Shown here one piece after another: positions 24,698 through 37,757 of a stretch of 64,000 bases of DNA; positions within the stretch are counted from its first letter, which is position 1; every line of letters starts with the position of its first letter. The position numbers and the translations under genes were made by a program. The notes beneath the pieces are model-generated. The model had not been told where the DNA came from and did not search any database. It saw only the letters and a program-made list of their open reading frames with translations. The DNA comes from Hypanus sabinus (lineage: Eukaryota), in assembly GCF_030144855.1 (NCBI RefSeq), contig NC_082732.1, positions 20,026,001 to 20,090,000 on the forward strand. The letters are read 5' to 3'.

Positions 24698-25852
24698 TTT
24701 GGTTTCCATGTGGGGTAACTCTTGTCTCTGGAACAATAATCTCTTAATTTAATTGTCGTGCCGCAGTAACCCTGCTGTTGAAGTGAGGAGCAGGTTGGAG
24801 GAAGGTGGAGGACGGGGAGGCAGCTGAACAGAGCTTCAGAAAGCAGGGATACACGTCGCCCAAGCTCCGTGGAGGGACTGGGAAACAAGGTCAATGCTTG
24901 GCATTGTGATTTTTCCTCAATCTGATCAATGTTCGTCAACAATTAAATCTTCGCCTTTGTCTGCAGAGTTACCGACTGATCTGCTTCATACTTCCAACAT
25001 TTCCTGAACTTATGTCAGATTTCCATCATCTGCATTAGTTCTGTGAAAGTATTGGGTTAATTTGTTGAACGTCTTTTCTTTGTTTGCTGATCTTGGTGAA
25101 TTGCAACCAGACAGATTTAATGTCCAACATTTTAAAGCAGCAAGTCTAATATGATATCAATACTAATCACCAAAATGATCAATAGTAGCAATAAAGATAT
25201 ACTTCCCATGTAAAAACAAATTAAATCCAGATTCATGTCTTCTCAAAGTAAACAAAAGTCTGGGGGGGGGGGGGTCATTACATGATTGATGTACACTTGT
25301 ATTTTAAGCAATGCCATATATCTTTCCAGGCAGTTTTTGGCTGCTGCACAACAGAAGCTTTGGTTCTGTTGCAGTGGCTAACTAGCCAGCTCTCCATGCT
25401 GCCATTATGTGATTAGTGAGGTGCTAATCTTGTTTACAGAGCACTGCTTAAAATGGGAGGCAGAGAGACAGACACCGGGATAGCTCAGAATTAGTTGGTC
25501 TAACGGAGCCTGACCAGTGACTGTAAAAGGAACTACTGAAGCTGTTTTTTTTAACTGACTTTATGTTGAGTCAAGAAATTCTCAACTACTGAACAGCGCA
25601 GCAGTTCAGCCAGTAGAGTTGCAGTCCCAGAGAGCCAGGTTCGATTCTGACCTGCGGTGTAGCTCCCAGTAGTCAGGGGGGTTCTCTCTAGCTGCTCCGG
25701 TTTCCTCCAGTGTCCCAAAGAACTACAAAATAATATTACCAGTTAATTGGCCAGAATAATATTACCTCTGCAGCGTAAGTGAATGGTAGAATCTGCAGAG
25801 AGTCAATGGGAATGTACGAGAATAAAATAGAGGGACTAATGTAGCACTAATG

Positions 25853-26260
25853 TCAAGTCAAGTTTATTGTCATTTAACTATGTACTTGTACACCGCCAAA
25901 CGAGACAACATTTCTCTGGACCAGGGTGTAAAGTATAACACATGTATTACACATAATAACTTAGAAAAGTAAGAACTAGATCTTCAAATGAATTATGCTC
26001 ATATAAACTAAGTGAAGAGCATAAATTAAATATTGTAGCGTACTGTACAAATCATCCGGTGACACTCCGAACGCGACGCGGCGGGGAGTTCAGAAGTCTA
26101 ATGGCCTGCTGGAAGAAGATGCTCCCCATCCTGATTGTTCCTGTCTTTATCCATTGGAGTCTCCTGCCGGATGGTAGAATGCCAAAGAGGAGGTTGGGCA
26201 GATGGGTGGGATCCTCGATAACACAGCACTCCTGATCACTGTCCCAGATGAATGGTGGGG
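25853..26260 (-). mobile_element. Rex1/Babar-type LINE 3' end
   Basis: DPTH...LF.ILPSGRRL..IKT.T.RM..FF.QAIRLLN (ORF 26052-26315); TCAAGTCAAG tail. Confidence 0.75.
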
Positions 26261-29214
26261 CAAACCCTCTGATACTCAATAGCTGGCGCGGATTGAACAG
26301 GCTGTATCTCTCCATGATTCTATTTCCTTCTTCGCCCCTTCCCAGAACTCACCTGAGAGTCAACCCCAGTGAAGCAGCCTCGCTGGAGCAAGGTCTGCCT
26401 CTGGAGGCAAGGGCCACTCACATCCTGGGTAAAATGAGGCCTGTCATCTAACCTCAGCAAGTCCAAGGCTGAATGACCACATGCTGGCTCCAGTTACTAA
26501 AGTCTCCAGGAGCAGCCCACTCCTGTGTATAGAAGGCCTTTGATTCACACTCCCCTATGAATGATAACGCTGCCTCTGTATTCAGGGATCACACAGAGTT
26601 CTGTCTCAAAGCAGGACCTGCCTCCATGGAACGACACCAACGTTAAATAAAATTCCTGACCATAAACAAACAGCATCCTGAAAAACTTCCTGAGAGTATT
26701 TCTAAAGCACATGCAAGAGACATTACCGGCGTTTTCTCATTAACATTCTGTGGCTTGAGGGCCACAGGTGTGATCTCTGTTTGAGGCACCAGCTGGTGCC
26801 ACGCAGCCCAGCCCCTGCAATCCGTCACAATGTGCTCCTTTCACTCGCTATCGGCTCCCGAGAGCCTCAAAGCATTGCCTCACAGTGTAGCGTTCTGTGG
26901 GCCTCCCCCTTGAGAAGAGGCAGTGAGTGCGTCAGGTACTCTGCAAGCTCTGAGCCAGCCCTCAGCTAACATCGACATAGTTTCCGACATCATGGGACGC
27001 TAGTTGGCAAAAACAAACACTGAAGACGCCGTTACATTTGATATGTACAGACTAACCCATTACAGACCAGAGATGAACCCTTGGCTGGATGAGCTCACAG
27101 CTACCGTTGAGCAGGAGGTACAAAAGCCTGATGTCCCACAATTCCCGGTTCAAGATGGCGTTGCTGAAGGCAAGTGACTACCTACTGGTGGTTACCAAAA
27201 CAAGGAATATAACTAAATACTTCATCAATAACAATTTTTCTGTGGGGAAAAAAACTACGGTAAACCATCACCACAAGCTGTGGAGAAGTGAGTGAAGGTG
27301 AGGCTGAGTCAAGGGTTGAAGCATGTGGGTGCGAGGTGAAGTCAAGGTGAGGTCGAGGCAGACTCGAGGCAAAGTCAGGACGAGCGGAGTGGAGGAAAGT
27401 CAGATTCAAGGCCTGTCCACCTAAACTGAAAGCAAGGTTTGATCAGTCTAGGTGTTGGGCTGATTTGGAAAGGTCCAGTACGGACCGAAGTGTGGTGGCG
27501 GGATCTGGGCCCAGAGCACTTTGATGTGAGAAGGCTTTGGTCCTAGAGCGAGGAACGACAATCTAAATGCTGGGCCAAATGGATAGAAAAGACAGGGTGT
27601 CGGGACTTGAGGTGAGTGTCAGGCCAGTTCAGCTTGCCACTCCTCAATATTTACTCCGCTCTTTGCTGAGCTGAGGCTAAGGCTGTGGCCTGCTTTGTCT
27701 GCTCTGTGTCTGTGGGCTCTGTGACATTTACTCTGCTATGAGCTGATCTGAGACTGAGGCCCCCTTGAACTTCTTTGGGCTTTGTGCCTGAGGTCTCACT
27801 TTTGTTCAAAATGCTATCTGCATGATTTGTTCTTTTCTCTCTGCACAGTTTGTTCTAGAACAAGCCAGCACAACCCTGAACTCTATCTCAGTGTAGCAAC
27901 GCTATAACCAACTTGATCACCTTTCACCACAATGAACTTGTTTTCTGTTCTAATTGTGCTTTTCTTGCTATATTTGCATGTATTCTGTCTTTAATTCAAT
28001 TGCTTTCTCGTGATTTTTGCTTGCCGGATGTTATGGGTCTGTGATGCTGCTGCAAACGGAGTTTTTCAATGCACCTGTACATGTATTTCTGTGCATATAA
28101 CAATGAACTTGACTTTGACTTAATTCCAATTTAACGTGACCATGGAGGCTTCATCACGTGACTTCCCGCCTCCAACCAGCTCATCTTCAATGCTTTAAAA
28201 TTATGCTCGAAGGAATTCAAAAATGGGAGACAAAGCAGATTTTTAAAGGATTTTTTCCCCCCTACGTAAGTCTGCAGGAAATTAATGATCCTCTTCTGTA
28301 AAATCCAGGATAACTCTCGAAGACTTGGAACCCTTCTTTTGTTCAGCCGGTCTCAACTTTGTTGTCAGTAATGCACTCCCCGCCAATTCTTCCGAGCAGA
28401 TCCGACGGTCTTCTTGAACTGTTTACTGCATCTGAAGTTTGATATGATCGACTTAGTCGACGTCAGCTGAGCGAAGTGCACCTGAAATTGATCAGGCGCC
28501 CTTGAACCTGAAGAAGTCACAAGTTTAAGTTCAGTGTGGTTGAAGAGGCTGGAAACAGTCAGTCACAGGATGTGCTGAGACCCCTCAGGGTAAACAGTCC
28601 TGCAGGCAGTGGTTAAACTGCCATGTGTGGCTCATAAAGCAGACTTGTTTTATACAGGATCTGAGTTCAAGCCACTGGCATCTAATATCTACACATTTGG
28701 CATCGCTCCACAACGCTCAGCCTATCTGTACTCCCTTGCTGTCCCTTCTGTAGATCAATGGCACTTTATTTTCAACCACTTCCTTCCAGATGGAGACGTT
28801 TCAGAGGGGAGGAATGTGGGGAATAATTGAAAGAGAAAGAGTGTATAAAAAAAAAGGAAGAATTGCATTCACACAATACCCTCAGGTCTCTTTCACAAAG
28901 CTCTTTGCAGCCAACAGTGCAATCAAAACTCCAGTGGGAGAACAATACATAGCTATGGTAAGGACCAGACCATCAGCTTCAGCAATGTTGACTGAGCGCT
29001 AATTACTAGCCAGGACACCGTGGGTCTTTTAGATAGGGCTATAGGTCGGCATCATTTGAAGGACAAATGTCAGAAATTCGTAATTACAAGAATAGTTTGC
29101 TTATAGTGATGTACGTAAGTACACAGATGTTCCAAATTTAAGAAAATATGCAAATGACTTCCCCAAACAAGGTTATAATAATGAAAGGTGAAAGCATGAT
29201 CACCCAAGGACCTG

Positions 29215-29885
29215 GCCTAGGTGAGTCTGCCTTTAGGGTACTGAGGCTTTGCGGCCCTGTGGCCGAGCTGATTCTATGCTGGTGTCACTGACTGGAGCAT
29301 CAAGGGTGAAAATGGAGTTTTGGGAACAACGGATCAGCTGTCAGAGGTCTCTGTACTCGTCGAACCACTCTCTCTCTCTCTCTCTCTCTCATTGATGGGG
29401 GAGAGTGTGCTGCTGACTCTCAAGTGGGAGAACTCGGGAAAAGCGACGCGGCAGACTTCAACACCGTAGATCGGCGGGCTGTTCTGCTTTTGTTGGTCTC
29501 CCCTCCCGCCATGTGACACCTCTCTGCTCCTGTATTAGGGAAAGAGAAAGAGCCTGTGACATGTCGAATTGGTCAGGGGAAACAACTAGTTTTTTCTGTT
29601 CTGGAGATCATGGTCTCTCTTGGAGACTTTGCCAATGCTTGCTTGATAGGTGGTGGGTGCTGACGCTTTTTTGCTGAATTAAGTGGGGGAGGTTTGATGC
29701 TTCACTGCTGCTTGTGTGCAGAGTGGAAGAGAAGGGTGCTTTGGGCTTCGAAAGTCTTTACTGTCACTCGTTCATTGGGGTATCCTTTCATCATGGATGT
29801 CTGTGAAGAGCAAGAACTTCAAGTTGTATATTGCATACAGTACACTACATTCTCTGATATTAAGTGGAACTATTACACTATTGAA
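29215..29885 (+). mobile_element. Non-autonomous retroposon with Rex1/Babar-like tail, contains (CT)n
   Basis: GC-rich body, (CT)n at ~29368-29390, tail GAACTTCAAGTTGTATATTG..TGATATTAAGTGGAAC. Confidence 0.5.
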
Positions 29886-30525
29886 TAGTAAGACACTTAT
29901 GATGGCATAAAATAGAAAATACTGAATCGGGTAGCACTTGCAGAGTGTGTAAGAGACAAAGCCGGTGTTTCAACTCAACGACCTTCCATCAGGATAGAGA
30001 AAAGGCAGAAACAAAGCAAGCTTAAAACAGCAGAAAATCAAAGTACATATATGTTACTGTGTATTACCATCAGATTCATTTTCTTGCGGACATTTACAGG
30101 AAAATAAAGAAATACAATAGAACTTAGGAAAAGCTATATATTAACAAAGACTAACAAGCAAGCAAGGTGCAAAAGAAGTCAAAATGTGCAAATGAAAATC
30201 TTATTACTGAGAATGTAGAGTCCTTGGACACAAGTCTGTAGGCTGTGGAAGCGGTTCAGAGTAGAGTGACTGAGATTTTCCCTGCTGGTTCAGGAGCCCG
30301 ATGGCTGTAAGGTAGTATCTGCTCTTGATCCTGGTGCTGTGAGAAAGGAGGAGAAGTGGCCACATCCAGGAGAAATGACACAAGGAGAGGTGGGCTGGCT
30401 GGGAGAGGAGAGGATTGAATAACAAAAGCACCAAGTGCACCAAGTCTCCCCACCCTTCCCCAATCCTCTCAGAAATCGTGTTTGATTCCTGCCTTTTCCC
30501 ACTTCCGGTAAATCATCAAGTTGAA

Positions 30526-30805
30526 CATAGAACATAGAACAGTACAGCACCAGAACAGGCCATTCGGCCCATACTGTTGTGCTGAACCAGCTAAAGAACA
30601 AATCAAAACCACCCAAACACTAATCCCTCCTACCTACACCGTGTCCACATCCCTCCATCTTCCTCACATCCGCGTGCCTATCCAAACATCCCTTAAAAGC
30701 CTCTAACTTATTTGCCTCTATTACCATCCCAATCAGCACATCCCAGGCATCCATGACTCTCTGAGTAAAAAACTTACCCCTCACAACCCATTTGAACCTA
30801 CCCCC
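30526..30805 (-). mobile_element. CR1 3' end
   Basis: CATAGAACATAGAACAGTACAGCAC..AGGCCATTCGGCCC reverse CR1 tail; same type at 35262-35530 and 56740-56800. Confidence 0.75.
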
Positions 30806-31374
30806 CTGTTAGATTTCTCTCTGTGGAGACCTGGAATCACAGAACACCAGATGCAAATGGCCCAGGGAGCTCACTGAATCTATGTTAGAGAATTCCCACT
30901 AGTCACATTCCCATACACATATTGATCCAATTCCTTTTAAGTATCAGAATTGAACTTGCCTCTACTGCTCCCTCAGCACTGCATCATTTGCTGTGTGAAG
31001 TGTATTACCTCCTGAGGCTCCACCATCTGCTCTAGGGAAGGATTCCTCTCAGTGACCATCCAGGTTCTTCATCTCATGCCCTCAGGTCGCTGGCCTTGCA
31101 CCAACGTGAACAGCTTCACTCCATCCGACCTGCTTTGACCCTTTATTATTTTAAATACCTCCATCAGGTTCTCTCAGCCTTCCCAGCTTTAAAGAAAACA
31201 ACCACAAATCCTCCATTTTATCACTATTAAATCCTTCATTGCTGGAATTATTATACTAAACAATTCAATAATCGCTTTGCTCAGTTTCATTTCTGCTGTA
31301 GCGTCTAATGTTAATATTTGTAGTATATTCGCTTACCAGCTGCTTGGAGCACTGGTCAGCACTTTGCAACATTT

Positions 31375-31560
31375 CTACTGGGTTGCCGTTCCTTTCCGCG
31401 CCTTGTGGCACACCAGGCGGCAATCTTGTCATTTCTTTAGCCCTTCTGTCTGTTTTTTAACGCGGCCGAGTTGCTGGCTCGACACCCAACCCAGCACGGA
31501 TGGAAAGCACGCCACTCGCCTCGAAGTCTGGTGTGTACGCCACTACACCGCTGACCAGCT
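31375..31560 (-). mobile_element. tRNA-derived SINE (third family)
   Basis: Minus strand begins GCTGGTCAGCGGTGTAGTGG (A-box-like); CpG-rich body. Confidence 0.5.
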
Positions 31561-33814
31561 ATTACCTATTGAGTACTCCCAGGACTTTCTGGGTTTTTTT
31601 TCCAGATTTCTCGCATCTGTGGTATTTTACTTTTGGAGTACCTTTCGTTATCAGCTCTATGATTGAAACAATAATCCTGTTATTTAACTTCATGACCTCT
31701 AAATGGGCACTCAGTGTTGCAGTTCTTTTTGGCCCTTGTTATGTTCTCATAGGGAGGGTGGAATGGAATAAGGTCTAATTAATAGTTCGCTAAGGGGAAA
31801 GTCAGGGGTTAACGTTCTTTGAGTAGGTATCTGAGGGAAGTAAGTTCCACAGATGTGAACGAATGCAACCTGGTTCTGAGCATTGACTCGTCGGCTAAGT
31901 AGCGTGGTTGGACCCTGCGAGGAATCCTTCCCTACAGGGGGGCAGAAAAGATCGCCATGAGGTTGCATGACAACACCAGCAAATGAGAAGCAGAATCTGC
32001 TTTGTTGTCACTGATTTATATAACGCGAAGTTTGTTGTTTTGTGGCGTAAAGACATAAAATGACCATGAATTCCAAACAAATGAATAAATAGTGCACAAG
32101 AAAAAAAGTCATGAGGATCGTTCGAAGATCTAATGGCAAAGGGGAAGAACCTGTACCTGAACCGTCGAACTGCACAGCAGATGCAACTCTTTTGGGGTTC
32201 GGCTGTTTCCATGCTGCAGGCCCCACCTGCTGTGCTTTAGCAATTAGTAATGTTACCTGGACTGGAGGATACGAATGCCCTTGCCTCACTCATTGTGACT
32301 TATACTACCCCGTGAGCTCTGATGCACCAACATTCACTTTGCAAATACAATGGAGTGAAACAAACTGTAGGCAAAGTCATCATAAGTTGTTCTCCTTGAA
32401 GATTATTTGAAGTACATTTGGTTCCTTTTTTTGTCATTTTTGTTTCTCTCTTTCCCAGGCTGGGACTTTCTGGCGTGTATCCACCTTTTCCTGATTTGGT
32501 TCCACTGAGGAAGTGATGCTTACAGTGATCACTCCCACTATGGAAATAGGCCTCATGCGTAAGGCATTTGCCGAATTACCTCAGCCCTAATGCAGCTCCA
32601 TTCTAGATCAGATAACGTTAATCGGTTTGCTTTCCCAGTATGAAGAATGGGTAAACAAAATCCTTGAATCATGTCTCCCATGTGGGTCAAGCATGTCAGA
32701 ATTTCATTTTCTTTTAAATGATCTATTCATGGGATGTAAAATTACCAACAAAATGGACTTACTGTCCATTCCTAATTCCTCTGGTTTGAAGTAGCTTGTG
32801 GTCAGCTGGTGACTCAAAAAGCACACACTGGCAGATTGGTAAGGGATGACATATGTATTTCCAAGAAGTAAATCAGTTCTTAACGACAGCCCCAGGTCTT
32901 CGTGTTTACTAAACATCGCTTATTTTCTCCAGCTTTATTTAATTGCCTGCATTTTAATTCTGCTCTTTTGTGGGATGCCAACTCCTGTCTTGAGGTCAAA
33001 GGTCTATGCTTGGTAACGGGGCCAGTCAAAACATTGCAGGGAGGAGGCTCAGGCGAGGATATCTTCTGTGGGTTGGCAGCAGCAGACGTGCCTACCAACA
33101 GAGCAGATGGGAAAATGATGGCCAGAATCTTTAGCCTGGGAGTGGAAGAAACAACATGCCCCATATCAGTTATCCGTTTCCATGGTGACTGGCAGTCTGG
33201 CAAAACTAATTCTCAGTGCCTGAAATTTGACTAAAAAAGAACACTATTTTCAGAATTCTGGAATCAATTTGTCCAGTAAATAAACTTTAATAACTGGAAG
33301 AGAATGTTTTTACAGAACCCTCCTACTGTTAACCCTGCCTGTACTATTAACCAATCTGCACTCTTCAGATGCTGTGCATTTTTAGCTCCAGTTTAAGAAA
33401 ATTAGTAGATGACCAAAACTGTAACTGTAGGCACTAGATAGATGGATAAAAAAAGATTAGAGGGATATTGACCAAACATGGGCAAATTCAACTAAGCTAG
33501 ATGGGAATTTTTATCAGTTGGGCTGAAGGTCCTTTTTCTGTACTGTATGACTCTTTGACCCTTTATTGTAGTTGGTGATACAACACAAGTTCACTATCAT
33601 GTCAAATTAAATCTTTCTTCTTCAGCATTCCCTCAGTACTGGAGCTGAATTGCCTTAACTCTGTTCTTGTGGGTTTTCTGGTGGTTATTGCGTCAATATG
33701 TGAACCACAAATTCTGCTTTAAAGGGGGAAAGGGGCAGCAGATTGGTTGTTTGTGAGATGGGCTCTTTCTGTAACTTATGGAGTGTTCTGTGTACTCCTG
33801 AACTGAATTGACTT

Positions 33815-34580
33815 AATTACTTATATCCTTCACATACACGAGGAGTAAAAATCTTTATGTTACATCTCCGTCTAAATGTACAATGTGCAATTTATAGTAA
33901 TATATAATAAATAGTATGTACAACAGGACAGTCAATATAACATATAAGTACAATTGTATCAGCATGAATTAATCAGTCTGATGGCCTGGTGGAAGAAGCT
34001 GTCCTGGAGCCTGTTGGTCCTGGCTTTTATGCTGCGGTACCGTTTCCCAGATGGTAGCAGCTGGAACAGTTTGTGGTTGGGGTGACTCAGGTCCCCAATG
34101 ATCCTTCGGGTCCTTTTCACACACCGATCTTTGTAAATGTCCTGAATAGTGGGAAGTTCACATCTATAGATGTGCTGGGCTGTCTGCACCACTCTCTGCA
34201 GAGTCCTGCGATTGAGGGAAGTACAGTTCCCACACCAGGCAGTGATGCAGCCAGTCAGGATGCTCTCAATTGTGCCCCTGTAGAAAGTCCTTAGGATTTG
34301 GGGGCCCATACCAAATTTTTTCAACTGTCTGAGGTGAAAGAGGGGCTGTTGTGCCTTTTTCACCACACAGCCGGTATGTATAGACCACTTGAGGTCTTCG
34401 GTGATGTTTATGCCAAGGATCTTAAAGCTATTCACCCTCTCAACCCCAGATCTATTGATGTCAATAGGGGTTAGCCTGTCTTCATTCCTCCTGTAATCCA
34501 CAACCAGCTCCTTTGTTTTTGCGCCATTGAGGGAGAAGTTGTTCTCTTCTCTGTAGACTGCCTCATTATTATTTGAGGTT
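33815..34580 (-). mobile_element. Rex1/Babar-type LINE 3' portion
   Basis: ORF 33959-34501 (VERVNSFK.LG.NITEDL.W, KKAQQ.LFHLRQL, FYRGTIESILTGCITAW, LLPSGKRYRS); close relative of 60660-61828. Confidence 0.9.
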
Positions 34581-36257
34581 ATGCCTGATGCAAGGCCTTG
34601 AGACTCTCAAAGCCATTCCCAAATGTTCCTTTCCCCCTTTAAATGGGTTGTGGGGTGGGGCCTATAGTCTCTGAGCAGTCAATGGGGTAAAATAAAGCTT
34701 TGAGCTGTGGATAGTAACCTGGGAGATGATGCTAATGTTAGTTTACTTTTGTTTCCAGTCAATGTGAAGACAGTTCTGGCAATATTTCCCCAGTGCTTCG
34801 ACAGGGCTGCTGATAGCTGAAATCTCAGAAGCATATTGTCTATCAGAAATTACTGCTGCCTAGAACTATGCTGATTGTCAAACACACATTACACTAATCC
34901 TGTTCTTGTAACTCACATTTCCAGCAAGTCCTCCCAGGTTCTACCACTCACCTGCACACTAGGGAAAATTCTGTGTTCAATTAAGCCACTAATCCAAGTG
35001 TTTAGAGACACGGGAGGTCACAGGGACAGTGTTGAAACTTCATACTGTCAGGATTGAACTTGAACTCGGCTGCTCCTGGGCTCCCTCGGTTCTGCCACGT
35101 TCTTCCAACAGCTTGGAATGAAACTCTTTATTGCAAGATGCCAACAGACAATCCTGACAGCAGCTCGTGTCCGCCATGTCGGATGTCATGGGTGATCATG
35201 GTCTTTCCATGAACGTGTTTGTTCTTCGCAAACTTTTCTACAGAAAGTGGTTTGTCACTAGGCACTAGAACACTACAGCACAGTACAGGCCCTTCGGTCC
35301 TCAATGTTGTGCCAACACATATATTCCTAAAAAAAAGCACTAAACCCACACTACCCCATAACCCTCTACTTTTCTTTCATCCATGTGCCTATCCAAGACG
35401 CTCTTAAATACCCCTAATGTTTTAGCCTCCACCACCATCCCCAGCAAGTCATTCCAGGCACCCACAACCCTCTGTGTAAAAAACCTCCCCTAAACTTCCC
35501 TCTCTTAAGTTTGTACAAATGCCCTCTGGTGTGGCATTGTCATTGCCTTCTTCTGGGCAGTGTTGTTATAAGATGGGGGAGCCCAGCAATTATCAAGGAC
35601 ATATGGATATATGAGCTGGACTGTTAGTTAGTGAATTAGTACTACACAACAAGTTATTGGAGGCAGGCAGACTTGCTTTATTCAGATAACATCGCAAGCC
35701 ATGAGAATGAGTTGGAGCAGCTTGCGGAGTTGTATTTTCCTTGACATCAATTTACAACCCACAGTCTTCCTTGTTTACTTTTTGTGAGGGTTCTTGGGAG
35801 GTGTTTTCATTACCCCTGCCGCTGGTGGTATGGTCAGCCACCTAGAAATAGGAATTACAAAGTAATAGAATTTCAATTTGTCTGTCTCGTTTTGTGTCAA
35901 GTTTGTTGTCATGTGAGATACAGATTCAATGGAGCAGCACAGACAGCCCACAGAACATAAATTATACAAAGCAGTGGGGAACAAAACTGTAGAAACGAGA
36001 CATTAGTGCAAAAAAAGAAAGAGACAAGTCCACAGAAGCGCAAGAGGTGGTCTTCAGTGTTCTGCTGCTGAGGCAAGATTAAAGTTCTGCTGGTTGAGTC
36101 AAGAAACTGACAGTTGTAGGAAAGTAGCTCCTCTGGAACCTGATGGTGTGGGACTTCAGGCTTCCGTACCTCTTACTTGACAGTAGCTATCAGAAGAGGC
36201 CATGACCCACACAGTGAGGGATCTCGGTGATGTGCCACTTTCTTGAAACGGCGTTCA

Positions 36258-36323
36258 GGGCTGTGCCCATAATGGACTGGCCTGTGCCCATAATGGACAG
36301 GGCTGTGCCCATAATGGACTGGG
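36258..36323. repeat. Three tandem 21-bp units inside a Rex-like remnant
   Basis: GG(G/C)CTGTGCCCATAATGGAC(T/A) x3. Confidence 0.85.
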
Positions 36324-36984
36324 TTGTGTCTATTGCACCCTGCAGCATCCAGTGTTACTTCTGCTGGCAGCACCATGAAATAGTGACAGACTTGTTGACT
36401 TGCCCACAGCTATCAATCACTATCAATTAGTCTGTAACAAACCAGACATCAGGCATGAGAAAACCACGAGTGAAGGAGAGATTTGGGAACTGGGACATAC
36501 CATGCCTATAATGTTTCCTGTCTCAAATGACTCATTTCCTGAATTCCAAAATACAATTTTCGGCAGGAAGCGTGTCCAATCTGCATCTAAGTGAAGTAGC
36601 ACCTTTTGTGGACATTGCCTCCATGAGGGCATCTATGCCCTAGATTTACCACTTGCTCAATAAACTAAGGTTGCCAGAGATTTGAAATGTGAACACAGGC
36701 CATATCCCTACCTAGACTGTTTTGGATTAAATGAAAAAGGTTATCATGATGTACATTACCAACTCAACTCTTTGAAATCCTAAAGGTGGCGAGTGAATCA
36801 CATTTCGATCATCCCTTGCCAACGGGACCACACTAAATCTGTTTAAATCGAATCTCTTTATTCGCTCAAGCATTCTGGTTGGTCAATATTGCAACCTCTC
36901 GACATGTTATACTGAGGACACCAAGACCAGTGGGTGAGTGGCTTCTTTGGCAGTGGAGAGGAGAAATTTGGAGAAAAATACACT

Positions 36985-37650
36985 TCAAGTTCACGATCAA
37001 GTTTATTGTCGTTTCAACCATATATGTGCATATTGCCAAATGAAACAACGTTCCTCCAGGCCAAAGTGTGCAACACAGTAATATCACTCACTGACAGTGC
37101 ATAAAGTAATATCACCAGAAATAAATTAACAAATAATCAGGTGCATTTATATCGCAAGTTAAAAAGTGAAAAGTATAACCCTACTGGTGCTTCAAATGAG
37201 GTGAGACCTGGCAGTGAGTTCAGTTTCCTCTTGTCCTGGGGGAAGAAGCTGTTTCCCATCCTGACAGTTCTTGTCCTAATGCTATGGTACCTCCTGCCTG
37301 ATGGTAGGGGGTAAAAGAGATTGTTGGACAGACAATGCTAAGGACCCTGCAAAGGCAGTGTTTCTAGTGAGTATCTCAGATGGATGGAAAGGAGACCCCA
37401 ATGATCCTTTCAGCTGTCCTCACCATTCTTTGTAGGGGCTTGCAGTCAGATGCCTTGCAATTCCTGTACAAGACAGTGATGTAGCTGGTCAGGACACTCA
37501 ATGGTGCTCCTGTAAAAATTGGTAAGAATGGGGGTGGGACGAGAGGCTCCCCTCCATCAGTCTCCTCAGGAAGTGGAGGCACTGCTGTGCTAAAGATGGT
37601 AGTGAGATTATTCACAACGTGCATTCTCAGAAAGCTGGTTTTCTAAATTC
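36985..37650 (-). mobile_element. Rex1/Babar-type LINE 3' portion
   Basis: LSVLTSYITVLY.NC.ASD.K.LQR.VRTAERIIG (ORF 37376-37624), LPSGRRY segment, TTCAAGTTCA tail. Confidence 0.75.
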
Positions 37651-37757
37651 TCTCCATGCAGGAAGAAGAAAAGAAATTAATTAAAATTATTTTAAAAATA
37701 TAGAAATGAAATTGGTGAATCAATAACTCATTCAAATTTAAGGAAATTAGACAGAAA

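Noticed and set aside
33959-34501. ALKBH8 N-terminal/DUF1891-like gene
   Set aside because: This is the post-RT region of Rex1/Babar LINEs, present in many decayed copies here
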